Part shown: piece by piece, positions 1 to 11,626 of the stretch
Numbering within the stretch: position 1 is the first letter of the stretch
How the letters are laid out: every line of letters begins with the position of its first letter
NCBI GenBank assembly: GCA_040437565.1
Contig: JBDOQK010000026.1
Span: forward strand, 124,001 to 188,000
Length of the DNA: 64,000 nucleotides
Direction of reading: 5' to 3'
DNA from: Albugo candida
Lineage: Eukaryota
Translations under genes and position numbers: made by a program
The notes under the pieces: model-generated
What the model was told of the DNA's origin: nothing
The model's input: the letters and a program-made list of their open reading frames with translations, nothing else
Database searches by the model: none

Positions 1-861
1 ACGCGAATAATAAATTAGGGCAGCTGATGTGTATTTCTACGCAGAGTCGTTGCGTGGAAGAACACTCCTACCAGACGACTTCACTCAGGAAATCATACGC
101 CGAATTACTTTCATCATGTGGCACGTATATGATAAACACTCTAAGCCTTCCTGACTTAGTTGAGCCACAATGTGAGCAAACCACAGGTTCGTTTTGTAAG
201 TAATATCGACATCGACAGTATAAAAAGAAAAAAATCGTCTTGTATCAACCAGTGACGCGCGCTAGTTTGAGACGTTGATTTGCTACGGGCTCGCCAATGA
301 ATCGCTATAATTTAACGGGAGAATCTGATAGATCCGATGGTGTCGCCAGCTGTTTTATAGTGTTTTCATTCTATAAAGAAGCTATGTTCTTGAAAGATCG
401 CAAAATTTTGGGGTACGGTATTTCTTTCAGATCGAATCCATCAAAAATGACTNNNNNNNNNNNNNNNNNNNNNNNNNNNNNNNNNNNNNNNNNNNNNNNN
501 NNNNNNNNNNNNNNNNNNNNNNNNNNNNNNNNNNNNNNNNNNNNNNNNNNNNTACGGTATTTCTTTCAGATCGAATCCATCAAAAATGACTTGATATTTG
601 TAATAATCTCAATAAGTTGGCTTTCCAGTCTAAACGCTAGCAGAACTTTGTGACATCAATTATTTAATTTTAACATGTTTTTTAGTGTCTATTGATAGAT
701 ATTGGGTATTTTATACTATTGACTCTACACAGAAGCATCCATTTTGGTCTAATTTTATCTTTGTACATCAGCTATGGGTGATCTGAGTTGCCGTTTCTTC
801 CTTTCAAAACAGCAATTATTGTCTTGAATTAATCGACCGTGTGTTTTGGTGTGCCATTTCG

Positions 862-1856
862 CTACTTTTTTAATTTTCCACCGTGCGACCAACAGTAACC
901 GCCAACTTTGGGTCCTTTAGTACATCCCTCTCGTTTGCAAAGTCGTTTCCCTCCATGACTCCAACATAGACCGTTCTTTCGAGACNNNNNNNNNNNNNNN
1001 NNNNNNNNNNNNNNNNNNNNNNNNNNNNNNNNNNNNNNNNNNNNNNNNNNNNNNNNNNNNNNNNNNNNNNNNNNNNNNNNNNNNNACATCCCTCTCGTTT
1101 GCAAAGTCGTTTCCCTCCATGACTCCAACATAGACCGTTCTTTCGAGACGCATTGGAGCACCCATCCGTCTTGCACCGTTTTCCGCCACCGTGACTGATG
1201 CAAAGTCCTAAGCTAACAGCATGCTTGTTGCATTCGGGCATTGAACAGCGTAATCCACCACCGTGCGCGATGCAAAAGCCTCCTGCCTTAGCACGTTTGA
1301 TGCAGTCATTCATTCCACAGAGCTTGCCACTGCTCACCCGTTTTCGGGGTGTCAAATCGCCTATCAACGATGAACCACATGAGCTCGCAGTGCTTGCACT
1401 TGAATTGGAAATGCTTCGATGCAACGGAGATATTGCCAAATCCGCTAACGCTTCACATGCTACATGACCGTCCATCATACGATTCCGATGTCCAAATTCG
1501 GATGAGTAAACAAGCTTTTCATTACTTCTATAAAACTGTGACAATGAGACTGGTGTCGTCGACATGAGTTCGGCCCGTTTTATAATGCTTTGAATGGACG
1601 GTAGTCTGGCTTTCTTGTCCTTTGGAGATATGCTGGCTGCGGAATTGTTCTCTCCATTGAGTAGTTCGTGCAGTCTTAGTTGCCGTGGCGATGAATCAGA
1701 GTTGATCTCATTGTAATCTCTAAACGTTTTTGCTTGAGGAGTAATAAGACTTGGCAAACAACTGCGTCGATCAGAGATGCTTGTGTCATGCTGATTGCAA
1801 CGCTCTGGCAACCAGTGCGGACGTTCGATAGAAGCGAATGGTGGAAGTGGAAGCAT
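862..1856 (-). CDS. WRKY19-like C-x4-C...C-x2-H-GG repeat (putative zinc finger) protein, copy A
   Basis: C-terminal repeats CGMNDCIKRAKAGGFCIAHGGG, CSMPECNKHAVSLGLCISHGGG, CKTDGCSNASRKNGLCWSHGG, CKREGCTKGPKVGGYCWSHGG. ATG at 1856 (MLPLPPFAS) matches the paralog start. The gap at 986-1085 has duplicated flanks; TAG at 862-864. Confidence 0.8.
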
Positions 1857-2130
1857 TGTATTGATTGATTTGTTGTGCTTGTGTGCTGGGAGGCAAATTC
1901 GAAGATGAATGATCACCAGGAGGTGAGTAAAGCGTCTGGAATCATCTATGCACACGGTGCGAAGAAGCAGTGAGGGCAGAGTTGGTAAACATAACCTTTT
2001 GTACGCATCTACTTCAAATAAGCTTTTACAGATTTGCTTTTTCTTCTCATTGTAGAATCCTGTGAGGAAACCAACGGGATCATGGGCGATCAAGGAAAAG
2101 CAGGAGTAATGTGGGGGTGATACCTTGGTT

Positions 2131-2186
2131 TATATATAGAGCAATCGTGGGTCAGTAGGGTGTCGGACCACTGCACCGCCTTTTCC
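2131..2186 (-). promoter_or_regulatory. Conserved upstream motif plus TATA-like box of WRKY19-like copy A
   Basis: Minus strand AAAAGGCGGTGCAGTGGTCCGACACCC...CTCTATATATAAA matches AAAAGGCGCAGTGGTCCCGCACCCC...CTCTATAAAA upstream of copy B at a similar distance from the ATG. Confidence 0.5.
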
Positions 2187-4510
2187 AAGCAAGAAAGATT
2201 CTATAGATACTGGGCATGCAGTGATATATTCCCGTTTTGCTCTATAATAAGATCCACCGATATTACCATCTATACGCTTTTACCCACCGAGAGGGTTAAA
2301 CACCGACATCGTTGTCAGCGGAGTAATGCGTTACAAATATAGTAAAGTGATGTAATACGTCATACAACAGGTCACGACTTTTGCGCTTTATGTAATAAAT
2401 GTGCGCTTGAGCGTTTGATCGACACGTCGAGCGGCGATAGTTATAAAGACGATAGAGTACGATACGGTGATTTTATGACCGCAAGCGCGTATCACGAGTA
2501 TAATCATGTGTATAGCGGAGTTTAAAGTTGTACCAGTATTTTACCTCCCGCAAAAGCCAGTACAGTGCATATCTGATCGCTGGTAATATTTTGGGAGTCA
2601 AAGCATACGGTTCCGTTAATTTGAACGGATAGATTGCTGTAGCGTTTTTTCCAGATGAGTGAAAGGTATAGAAAAACCCAGTAGTTTGTATCTTTGCCGC
2701 ATGTCGCGAATACGACCTTGCAGTAAATTCATACCCGACCTGGCGTGCTTGAAGTATACGAGGGTATGAACAGACTAGAGCAAAAAAGTGGGTCGGATGA
2801 GCTGGTGCGCTTCTCCAATGTATATGTATGCAAGAATGCATTTGTGAGCACGTAACTTGCTCACAAATGAGCCAATAACCGGAGGACTATATCAAATTTT
2901 AATACTATTGGAAAGTTTTCTATATCACGTCATCATTCACATACTTTAAACAGGTACTCCAGGACGCAATTTGAGAAAAGCAAGCCAGATAATCGTTGAG
3001 CATACTTTTCCTACTGTCCTACTGTCCAATTGCGTAATTTTTGGCAATATTGTGGTGAGGATTGCTGCCTTCGCGTGCTATATATGAGACGTAAAATGCT
3101 ACTCGCGACGTGCGCTTGGAAATTCAATACTACAGAAGCTGATAGATGGCAATACTAGTCCACAAGTAAGCCGTCTTGGTGCAGCAAGTCGGCACGGAGC
3201 TGTTAATCTCTTTCCTCAGTCCTCGCGCAAAAGGCCAAGGTNNNNNNNNNNNNNNNNNNNNNNNNNNNNNNNNNNNNNNNNNNNNNNNNNNNNNNNNNNN
3301 NNNNNNNNNNNNNNNNNNNNNNNNNNNNNNNNNNNNNNNNNGCCAAGGTTTAAGCCACATACGATTATCCGGTTTTGAGAATTTTATCTAGCACCACAGA
3401 ATTTAAAGCACAAGGAGTCGCTTCCCAACTCTCTAATTATCGCAATGATGCTCCTTGAGCGACCAATTTGTTGGCGTAAAGCCTATTTTACGCGCCGAAT
3501 TCGGTATTGTAACTTCGTACAGCCTGCATTAGTCTTTGGAAGCTTGAATATGAAATCGAAACACACAGAGCACCTTAGATGAATTGCACCCCCCACTTCA
3601 AGTAGGTAAACAACCTGAAAGACGACATAGTAAGTTACGAATGTAAGTGCTGAATGCGTTCTGGCTCGTTAGTATCATTTCAATCATGAGCCTGTTTCTC
3701 AAACCACATACCCTCTCGAAAACCGATTCAGTATCAGCAAACTCTGTCTGCGATAGTACTAATCGGCAAATAAACAGCTCGATGTACTGTAAAAATCGAT
3801 ATAAGTGTAATGTAGAGCAAACGAGCAACGATGGTTTCGACGGCTTATTTAATGCCCCTTAAAGATTGATAGCTGTACTCGAAATATAATAAATGGATAC
3901 ACAAACTCAAAACCGTATTTAGACCAATTATATCCCGATCAGAATATAGATGTAGTAAACATACTAGATAACATAAAAAATATGACGAGAGTTACGTATC
4001 GATATGAGCATCTCAACAAAAAAATGTATTGTATTAGCCAATTCAAGCATAATTGATAGTTTAAGCAGCACACATTAGTTGGGGTCCTGAAGCCTCCAGC
4101 GAGACAGTAATTGCATCGATTAATTCNNNNNNNNNNNNNNNNNNNNNNNNNNNNNNNNNNNNNNNNNNNNNNNNNNNNNNNNNNNNNNNNNNNNNNNNNN
4201 NNNNNNNNNNNNNNNNNNNNNNNNNNTTCGACGGCTTATTTAATGCCCCTTAAAGATTGATAGCTGTACTCGAAATATAATAAATGGATACAGAAACTCA
4301 AAACCGTATTTAGACCAATTATATCCCGATCAGAATATAGATGTAGTAAACATACTAGATAACATAAAAGATATGACGAGAGTTACGTATCGATATGAGC
4401 ATCTCAACAAAAAAATGTATTGTATTAGCCAATTCAAGCATAATTGATAGTTTAAGCAGCACACATTAGTTGGGGTCCTGAAGCCTCCAGCGAGACAGTA
4501 ATTGCATCGA

Positions 4511-6505
4511 TTAATTCCTTTTGGACTGAGCGGCCAAAATCTCTTTGATGTCACCAAGACTCTGTACGAGCAAGTCAGCCAGTTGAGAAGCATCATCGCG
4601 ATAACTGGAGAGTTGGAACTTGGCCCCGGGCGCTTCAATTCCATACCCAATCCCATAACATTCATTATTTACGGGCCCAAAACTACCACTTTCAATGTTT
4701 GGACTGGAAAGTGTGCTCGTGGAGAGAATGATTTTATTCATGATTTCAGCTGATGGAAGTGTAAATATCTCGGGCAATGGAATATCTTGCAGCTCGGCCA
4801 TTTTTCGCAAAGCGAATAGATGACGATCGTGGCCCTGCCCCATGACAGCGTCTTTGGTAAGCTCGCCATGTCGATTGATCGCTGCACGTAAGGCTTGATG
4901 CTTTTCATGTGCACTCACTTGTCCATCCACCATTTTTTTAACAAAATCTGCTGCTTCATTCGTACAGCTTCGGAGGGTTTCTGTTCGACCATGTTTGTAA
5001 GCCGCCGTGCTGGCACTTTCATACGTCGATACAAATTTTTGATGCAATCGAAAATGAGCCAATTGAATTGCCATTTGCATAACTCCATCAGTGCCAATTT
5101 TGAACTGTGATATTTGTTTCTTTGTAATTGGTGAGAAGACACTCTCCACGTGAAGCTTTTCGACATGATGCTGGAATTGTGTTTTGGCCTTTTTCAGATC
5201 TTCTAGCAATTTGACGTTCAGATCATATTCTAGCGGTTCCATATTGCGAGTCAAAGCATTATTACTCTTGTCAACGACAACCGAGTATTGGATACTATCT
5301 TCATACAACTCATTCACATAACGCAAGACGGCAACACCATCACCCCATGAATGCTCGAAATTTACCGCAGCTTTGCCGTTGGAAGCAACAATTAGTTGAA
5401 AGCTCTTATCAAACCAGTGATTCGATCCATTTCCAATCAGGAACGTTCTCGATATATCTGCTTCAGTACGTGGACCATGATCTTCTAATGTGACAACAAA
5501 TAGAGCTGAATCAATTGTGTGCAATAATGTCTGATTTTTAGATGAAGTCTGTGCAAAATCTTTCCGAACACGAGCCCAAATATCGCGATCCAGAGTAGTG
5601 AACAGTCCAGCACCATCTTTTGTAACCTCATTCGCCGGTTGAGCGACAATCTGATTCAATTGGGCGAGAAGCGCCTCTTGACCAACAAAATTACCTGTCG
5701 TTTCATCAAGCACTTGGACCCGATAGAAATTACAATTTCGTTGCACGACAATGTGTTTCGAGTTGGTGAATGTCTGCAGTCGGTCTTTACCACTATCCTC
5801 TGGGATCCGTACCGAGGAAAACAAATGCTTGTATTGACTCATATCGAGTGGATATGCTCCCCAGGCTGCTGCTCCATACATTGCCCATCGTTCTGGAATG
5901 AGCTTACAATAATATTCAAAAGCAAAACGTTTGGTGAGATGTGGTTTTGTGTGGAACAGGTCGGGCTTCAAGCGTTCTGAATGCAATGTCTTATAGAATC
6001 GTACGGTCGATGTAATTAGAGAGGTTGCACGTTGCGTCCAAGAGTTTTTAAGAGGTACTGGGTCGTCTAGTAGAGTTAGTTGAGGATTGTAATTAATAAC
6101 TAAGGGACGACGGTCTTCCAAGTACAAGTCGAGCCACCATTCATTTATGTACGACGTGTGTGAGTTGGACGCATCTCGCTCGATGAGTGATTTTTGTAAA
6201 TGAGGACCGACTCCATTCTTGAAAGCGTGCACAGCGCGTTGAGTCTCCTTAAGTTCGGAAGACTTCACAACCGGCTCGACTGCGCGCAAGTATCGATTCA
6301 AAGTATCGTCTAATTCAGGTATCGGTAGCCGTAGTAAGGATTTTTGAAAACGGAACGTGGGAATAATGGTTTCATGCAAGAATTCTGACGCGATACCAGT
6401 GGAAGGTTTCGTACTAAACAAACGTTTCACTTTACTTGTGGGTACACGCACAGAGCGTGAGTAGCCTAGAGCCTGGAGAAAAGATATCGAACGAGTTCTC
6501 TGCAT
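4511..6505 (-). CDS. CPT2: Carnitine O-palmitoyltransferase 2 (choline/carnitine acyltransferase), mitochondrial
   Basis: 664-aa ORF with LLRLPIPELDDTLNRYL, WFDKSFQLIV, catalytic NFEHSWGDGVAVLRY, TYESASTAAYKHGRTET, MGQGHDRHL and LSTST; basic transit-peptide-like N-terminus. Confidence 0.93.
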   Translation of the reverse strand: MQRTRSISFLQALGYSRSVRVPTSKVKRLFSTKPSTGIASEFLHETIIPTFRFQKSLLRLPIPELDDTLNRYLRAVEPVVKSSELKETQRAVHAFKNGVGPHLQKSLIERDASNSHTSYINEWWLDLYLEDRRPLVINYNPQLTLLDDPVPLKNSWTQRATSLITSTVRFYKTLHSERLKPDLFHTKPHLTKRFAFEYYCKLIPERWAMYGAAAWGAYPLDMSQYKHLFSSVRIPEDSGKDRLQTFTNSKHIVVQRNCNFYRVQVLDETTGNFVGQEALLAQLNQIVAQPANEVTKDGAGLFTTLDRDIWARVRKDFAQTSSKNQTLLHTIDSALFVVTLEDHGPRTEADISRTFLIGNGSNHWFDKSFQLIVASNGKAAVNFEHSWGDGVAVLRYVNELYEDSIQYSVVVDKSNNALTRNMEPLEYDLNVKLLEDLKKAKTQFQHHVEKLHVESVFSPITKKQISQFKIGTDGVMQMAIQLAHFRLHQKFVSTYESASTAAYKHGRTETLRSCTNEAADFVKKMVDGQVSAHEKHQALRAAINRHGELTKDAVMGQGHDRHLFALRKMAELQDIPLPEIFTLPSAEIMNKIILSTSTLSSPNIESGSFGPVNNECYGIGYGIEAPGAKFQLSSYRDDASQLADLLVQSLGDIKEILAAQSKRN

Positions 6506-7277
6506 CGACCGACCTCTGGAAAAACGAATATATGGAATCAGATATTGACCGAAGCGTACTTATCAGAGGCTATGTCTCACAAAGCATGAAAACCTCCAAG
6601 TGATCAAGATGAGTACGTTTCATCGATGCGGAACATAGAGGGTGTATCGAACATCGCTCGGTAAGTCCATACTGCAGTAGAATCAACGTTGAGAGATTCG
6701 GCAACGGATGGGTACTCGTTGTTCTCAAAGTGAGTTAACATCTATGATATAATTTCTGTTTGGAAGAGTCGTATCCCTGACAAGCGACACGACTGACTCG
6801 ATCAAGTCGTTAGTGTTCTCGGCACCCTCATGTGTTTTGCAGCCACACGGTGAGAAGCTTCTGGTTTCACACAGCGGAATCATGCTCGTCATTTACGCCA
6901 AAATCTCGGCTTGAAGCACCTCAAAAACCACCTGTTTCTTTTCTGATCCCTTTTGGAAGTAATACTGCGTCCAGAGGGTAGACAGTCATCGCTTTGCTAG
7001 GCTCTGCTGATTGTGGGCATAATTGCAAATTGCTACATGCTTGTTGAGTTCTCATACGTTACATCTCTGGATTCTACTTCAACCCTTTTCTGTTGGTCGA
7101 AACTACAAAAACCTTATGGTCCACGTTCAGTCCACTGCGTTGTATTTCCCAACGTGGCACTCCTAACTTATACTATAACTATTAAGTAAAAACCAGTCGC
7201 TTTCGAATTATATTATAGAGTAGTAGGAGAGGAGTCGTAGCGAGTATATGATGTATCAAGTAATTGTTCCCTGCTCC

Positions 7278-7330
7278 AAAAAAGGCGCAGTGGTCCCGCA
7301 CCCCATCCAGGTAGCTATCCCTCTATAAAA
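7278..7330 (+). promoter_or_regulatory. Conserved upstream motif plus TATA-like box of WRKY19-like copy B
   Basis: AAAAGGCGCAGTGGTCCCGCACCCC followed by CTCTATAAAA; counterpart of 2131-2186. Confidence 0.5.
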
Positions 7331-7923
7331 GTAGAACATTGAAGGTAAGGATTTAATCCTTAATTTTACTTTTTACTTGTGATCTGAAAAGATGGGATAC
7401 AAGCCTATACAGCGAGAATAAATAGCTGTAAAAACCTCTTTGAAGTACACGCGGCATGAGGTTTCTGAGTGCCAAGTGTGCCCTCACTGCCTTTTCATCA
7501 CGTGCATTGATGCGGCCAGCAGTTTGTCCAGCTTGTGCTTATNNNNNNNNNNNNNNNNNNNNNNNNNNNNNNNNNNNNNNNNNNNNNNNNNNNNNNNNNN
7601 NNNNNNNNNNNNNNNNNNNNNNNNNNNNNNNNNNNNNNNNNNATCCCTCTATAAAAGTAGAACATTGAAGGTAAGGATTTAATCCTTAATTTTACTTTTT
7701 ACTTGTGATCTGAAAAGATGGGATACAAGCCTATACAGCGAGAATAAATAGCTGTAAAAACCTCTTTGAAGTACACGCGGCATGAGGTTTCTGAGTGCCA
7801 AGTGTGCCCTCACTGCCTTTTCATCACGTGCATTGATGCGGCCAGCAGTTTGTCCAGCTTGTGCTTATCAATCACTCATCAAATCGCCTCATACGACACA
7901 AGCACAACAAACCAATCAATACA

Positions 7924-8350
7924 ATGCTTCCACCATTCGCTTCTATCGAACGTCCGCACTGGTTGCCAGAGCGTTCCAATCAGCATGACACAAGCATCTC
8001 TGATCGACGCAGTTGTTTGCCAAGTCTCATTACTCCTCAAGCAAAAACGTTTAGAGATTACAATGAGATCAACTCTGTTTCATCGCCGCGGCAANNNNNN
8101 NNNNNNNNNNNNNNNNNNNNNNNNNNNNNNNNNNNNNNNNNNNNNNNNNNNNNNNNNNNNNNNNNNNNNNNNNNNNNNNNNNNNNNNNNNNNNNACGGAT
8201 GGGTGCCCCAACGCGTCTCGAAAGAACGGTCTATGTTGGAGTCATGGAGGGAAACGACTTTGCAAACGAGAGGGATGTACAAAAGGACCCAAAGTTGGCG
8301 GTTACTGTTGGTCGCACGGTGGAAAAGTGAAGATGAACAGCGCTCAATAG
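7924..8350 (+). CDS. WRKY19-like repeat protein, copy B (middle hidden in gap)
   Basis: MLPPFASIERPHWLPERSNQHDTS is nearly identical to copy A; after the 8095-8194 gap TDGCPNASRKNGLCWSHGGKRLCKREGCTKGPKVGGYCWSHGG runs to TAG at 8350. Confidence 0.75.
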
Positions 8351-8607
8351 ACAATTGCTCGGAAGTGAAGCTACGGGATTGAAGGATTTGAATCTGCGTT
8401 ATATGAAGACACCAGAGATAGTATCATTTTTAGTAGTGTGTCGTGTTTATATTTGAAAATAGATTGATTCTATCTGTAAAAACCTTTTGCATACAGCGCG
8501 CTGTTCGAGTGTTGGATTGGAAGTGCTGTTAGCGAATCATCGTCTGATTCTTGGAGTATCAACCAATGGGATTATTTCTAATAGCAGCTTAACTTTCTAG
8601 TTCATCA

Positions 8608-9532
8608 ATGGACAAGGTTGGCGGCTATCACTCCATTGCTCTACCCCTGCATAACAGCTTATATTATCGATTTATTTATGTGAAAAAACACGATGATAGA
8701 GCGAGTCATAGTGAAATTCACAATCAGTTGGCGTCGAATAGGACAGTCCACGTTGTAAACCTTCCATATCAAGCCGGAGACGATTGGATCAAAGAATGTT
8801 TTAGTAAAGTTGGAATGGTTCAATCCATTCATCGCAATACCGCACAAAATGACCCAGCTGTATCACATTCGGCAGAGGTTAATACAGATCAAGGCGCATG
8901 TTCGCTGATTAATTCTGCACACGTTGTTTTTCGATCGGAAAAAAGTGTTGCGACACTATTGTCGACATTCTTACTGGATCAATTGGCACCGCTGCCAACG
9001 AAATTAGGACTACAAGGTACGCTGTGCCGTCCTTTATAATAGAACGAGCAGCTCACATGATTGCAAACAGGTTACCTCGAGCAATACAGGCGCAAACGAC
9101 CTGGTTTGGAGGCAATTAAAGAATTCACTGATAAATATATGGCAGAGTTTGACGCAAGAGAAGCAGCGGTAGGTTTTTTCGATGGTATTACTACGATCTT
9201 TGGGTGACATGAAATATCATCAGGAAATTGCCGATCGAAAGACGATGCAGCATCAAATTGATGAAGATGGCTTCCAGACAGTTGTCAACCCCAAGAGAAA
9301 AATTCCCATGGACTTAGATCGATTACCGAAGAAACAAAAGTCGAAAGAACTTCAAGACTTTTATCGATTCCAACTAAGAGAGAAAAAGCGGAATCGTACG
9401 TTACATATCTTTATCATCACATCCTTTGCTTGATCTCGTATTGTAGAACTAAAATCATTACGAGAGCGATTCGAGGAAGACTGCCAACAAATAGAGAAAT
9501 TAAAGTGTGCCAATAAATTTCATCCTGAGTAA
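8608..9532 (+). CDS. RRP7: Ribosomal RNA-processing protein 7 (RRM + RRP7 C-terminal domain), 4 exons
   Basis: RRM-like RTVHVVNLP...AHVVF. Splicing GT-AG introns (about 9017-9070, 9169-9223, 9396-9446) gives DEDGFQTV...DFYRFQLREKKRNQLKSLRERFEED...KFHPE*. Confidence 0.88.
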
Positions 9533-10131
9533 CACTCGTGCTTTCATTGCATTTTACAAAGTTGGCTGAATGTTGCTCAAGATGGCGTCTGTATTGCACG
9601 TTAAGTGCGCACAGTATTGCGTAGCGTTCATTGTCTTCTATTTCAAATGTTGTATGGAGGAGCTAGGTCTCACTTGATATGATATGTACATGTTATAAAG
9701 CGTATTGTGGTAAAAGGATGGCATTCTAACCGAAAACATAGCTTGCGCACGTCTCATCGCCGCAATTATAATTCCAGCATAACCAATCATGTTGCGCGTT
9801 GGAATGCTTGACACTGATATAACATAATATGTTCTGATCTCATATTATCCTTCCATATATGATTACAAATTCAGGCTCTCTGTGAAAGACGTATGGAATC
9901 GATGAATCCCACTTTCGTGGACAAAGAGTGGACAATTTCCATCCTGCAATACAACGGTGACGTTGGCCATTGTATTTAAATGCATCATCTACTTTGATTT
10001 CCTTGCATGAGCGACGGTGTGCTCTAATCCTTGAGTTTCGTCCTGTCTTTTGAACCTGGCGGAACTTTACTCTATTGACGAAACTCATCCTCCATACACT
10101 AATTATGTTCACTCATTTACGAGTATACGCA

Positions 10132-11100
10132 ATGGCGCTTGGAGACTCTGATGAAGTATTTGGAGGCTTTTTTGGATTGAAGGATTGGATTTGGTGGATT
10201 TTTGTCGCTGGTACAAGTATACTCATTTTGGCAATATTCAGCTACTTTACATGCTGTTCCAGAGCTAGACGAACTTCGGGTCGCCCAATGCGCGATAGAC
10301 GGCCCAATGCACAGTATGCTAGAAGACTGGCGGACCAGTCAAATGATTGCAATGCCGTTGTCGAGCCATCAACACGGAGCAATCCAGAATCATACAGCAG
10401 ATCAAATGCTTCTCATGGGTTTGTATTTCCGGTCGCTCCTAATGACCAAGCACCATTTCAACGTGGTCATTCAAACAGGACGATAAGTATCAGCGGTCTT
10501 GAGGGAAGGACTTCCTTTCTTCCGATATTGGAGGACCGCATTGGGAAGAGAGAATCACACTCACTGACACGTGTCACCCAATTGGACTCGTCCAACACTT
10601 TTTACTCCTCCCAATATTCAGATGACTCACATTTCAGTCCCATCTCATCTCCACCCAACACATCTGATCCAGCTAGCAAGCGAAAGTCTACACGAAGTAG
10701 TTCGAAGCTCTCATTGCTAGGGAACGTCCATTGTGGGCTTACAACGACACTCGGAGATCGCATTAGCACGTTACGCGCTGCGTACTTTAATGGCACTCAC
10801 TCAACATGTCCAACAGAATTTTCTCGATCAGGTTCCAGATCTTTTGATGAAGAACTCAAAGCAGTTAAAGAGCTCACTTCATCACGAACAAAAGCCTTAG
10901 AATTGCTACTAGAAGAAGTGAGTGATTTTGAAAGTAAGCAACAAAGTGGATCGACAGCCACACCTTCTCCTGCAATTGGCGATTTTACCAACACGGTAAA
11001 TGGAAATAGAAAGCAACACCCAACGAATGTGGAGGCAGAACTTATAACAGTTGTTTCAAGTTACGACGAAGACTTGGATCACTTTGACATCATATTATGA
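10132..11100 (+). CDS. Hypothetical single-pass membrane protein with Ser-rich cytoplasmic tail
   Basis: Long ORF; hydrophobic WIWWIFVAGTSILILAIFSYF followed by TCCSRARR. Segment 11203-11612 is a gap-flank duplicate of its 3' end. Confidence 0.7.
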   Translation: MALGDSDEVFGGFFGLKDWIWWIFVAGTSILILAIFSYFTCCSRARRTSGRPMRDRRPNAQYARRLADQSNDCNAVVEPSTRSNPESYSRSNASHGFVFPVAPNDQAPFQRGHSNRTISISGLEGRTSFLPILEDRIGKRESHSLTRVTQLDSSNTFYSSQYSDDSHFSPISSPPNTSDPASKRKSTRSSSKLSLLGNVHCGLTTTLGDRISTLRAAYFNGTHSTCPTEFSRSGSRSFDEELKAVKELTSSRTKALELLLEEVSDFESKQQSGSTATPSPAIGDFTNTVNGNRKQHPTNVEAELITVVSSYDEDLDHFDIIL

Positions 11101-11626
11101 TTNNNNNNNNNNNNNNNNNNNNNNNNNNNNNNNNNNNNNNNNNNNNNNNNNNNNNNNNNNNNNNNNNNNNNNNNNNNNNNNNNNNNNNNNNNNNNNNNNN
11201 NNCACGAAGTAGTTCGAAGCTCTCATTGCTAGGGAACGTCCATTGTGGGCTTACAACGACACTCGGAGATCGCATTAGCACGTTACGCGCTGCGTACTTT
11301 AATGGCACTCACTCAACATGTCCAACAGAATTTTCTCGATCAGGTTCCAGATCTTTTGATGAAGAACTCAAAGCAGTTAAAGAGCTCACTTCATCACGAA
11401 CAAAAGCCTTAGAATTGCTACTAGAAGAAGTGAGTGATTTTGAAAGTAAGCAACAAAGTGGATCGACAGCCACACCTTCTCCTGCAATTGGCGATTTTAC
11501 CAACACGGTAAATGGAAATAGAAAGCAACACCCAACGAATGTGGAGGCAGAACTTATAACAGTTGTTTCAAGTTACGACGAAGACTTGGATCACTTTGAC
11601 ATCATATTATGATTATTGATAAAAAA

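Noticed and set aside
1857-2093. N-terminal extension of the 407-aa ORF (and 7766-7923 for the paralog)
   Set aside because: It begins at a non-ATG codon; paralog similarity in frame starts at the MLP ATG.
2160-4500. Short ORFs in the intergenic region
   Set aside because: No recognisable motifs, many non-ATG starts; consistent with chance.
6540-7100. Possible small multi-exon gene upstream of CPT2 (several GT/AG-like sites)
   Set aside because: I could not assemble a convincing spliced reading frame.
11203-11612. Apparent tandem gene or exon duplications beside N-gaps (also 7643-7850, 18085-18385, 28891-29220, 38705-38858, 49078-49210, 51607-51755, 52974-53115, 59726-59885, 60276-60502)
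   Set aside because: Each is a near-exact copy of sequence just across a fixed 100-N gap: unmerged contig overlap, not biological repeats.
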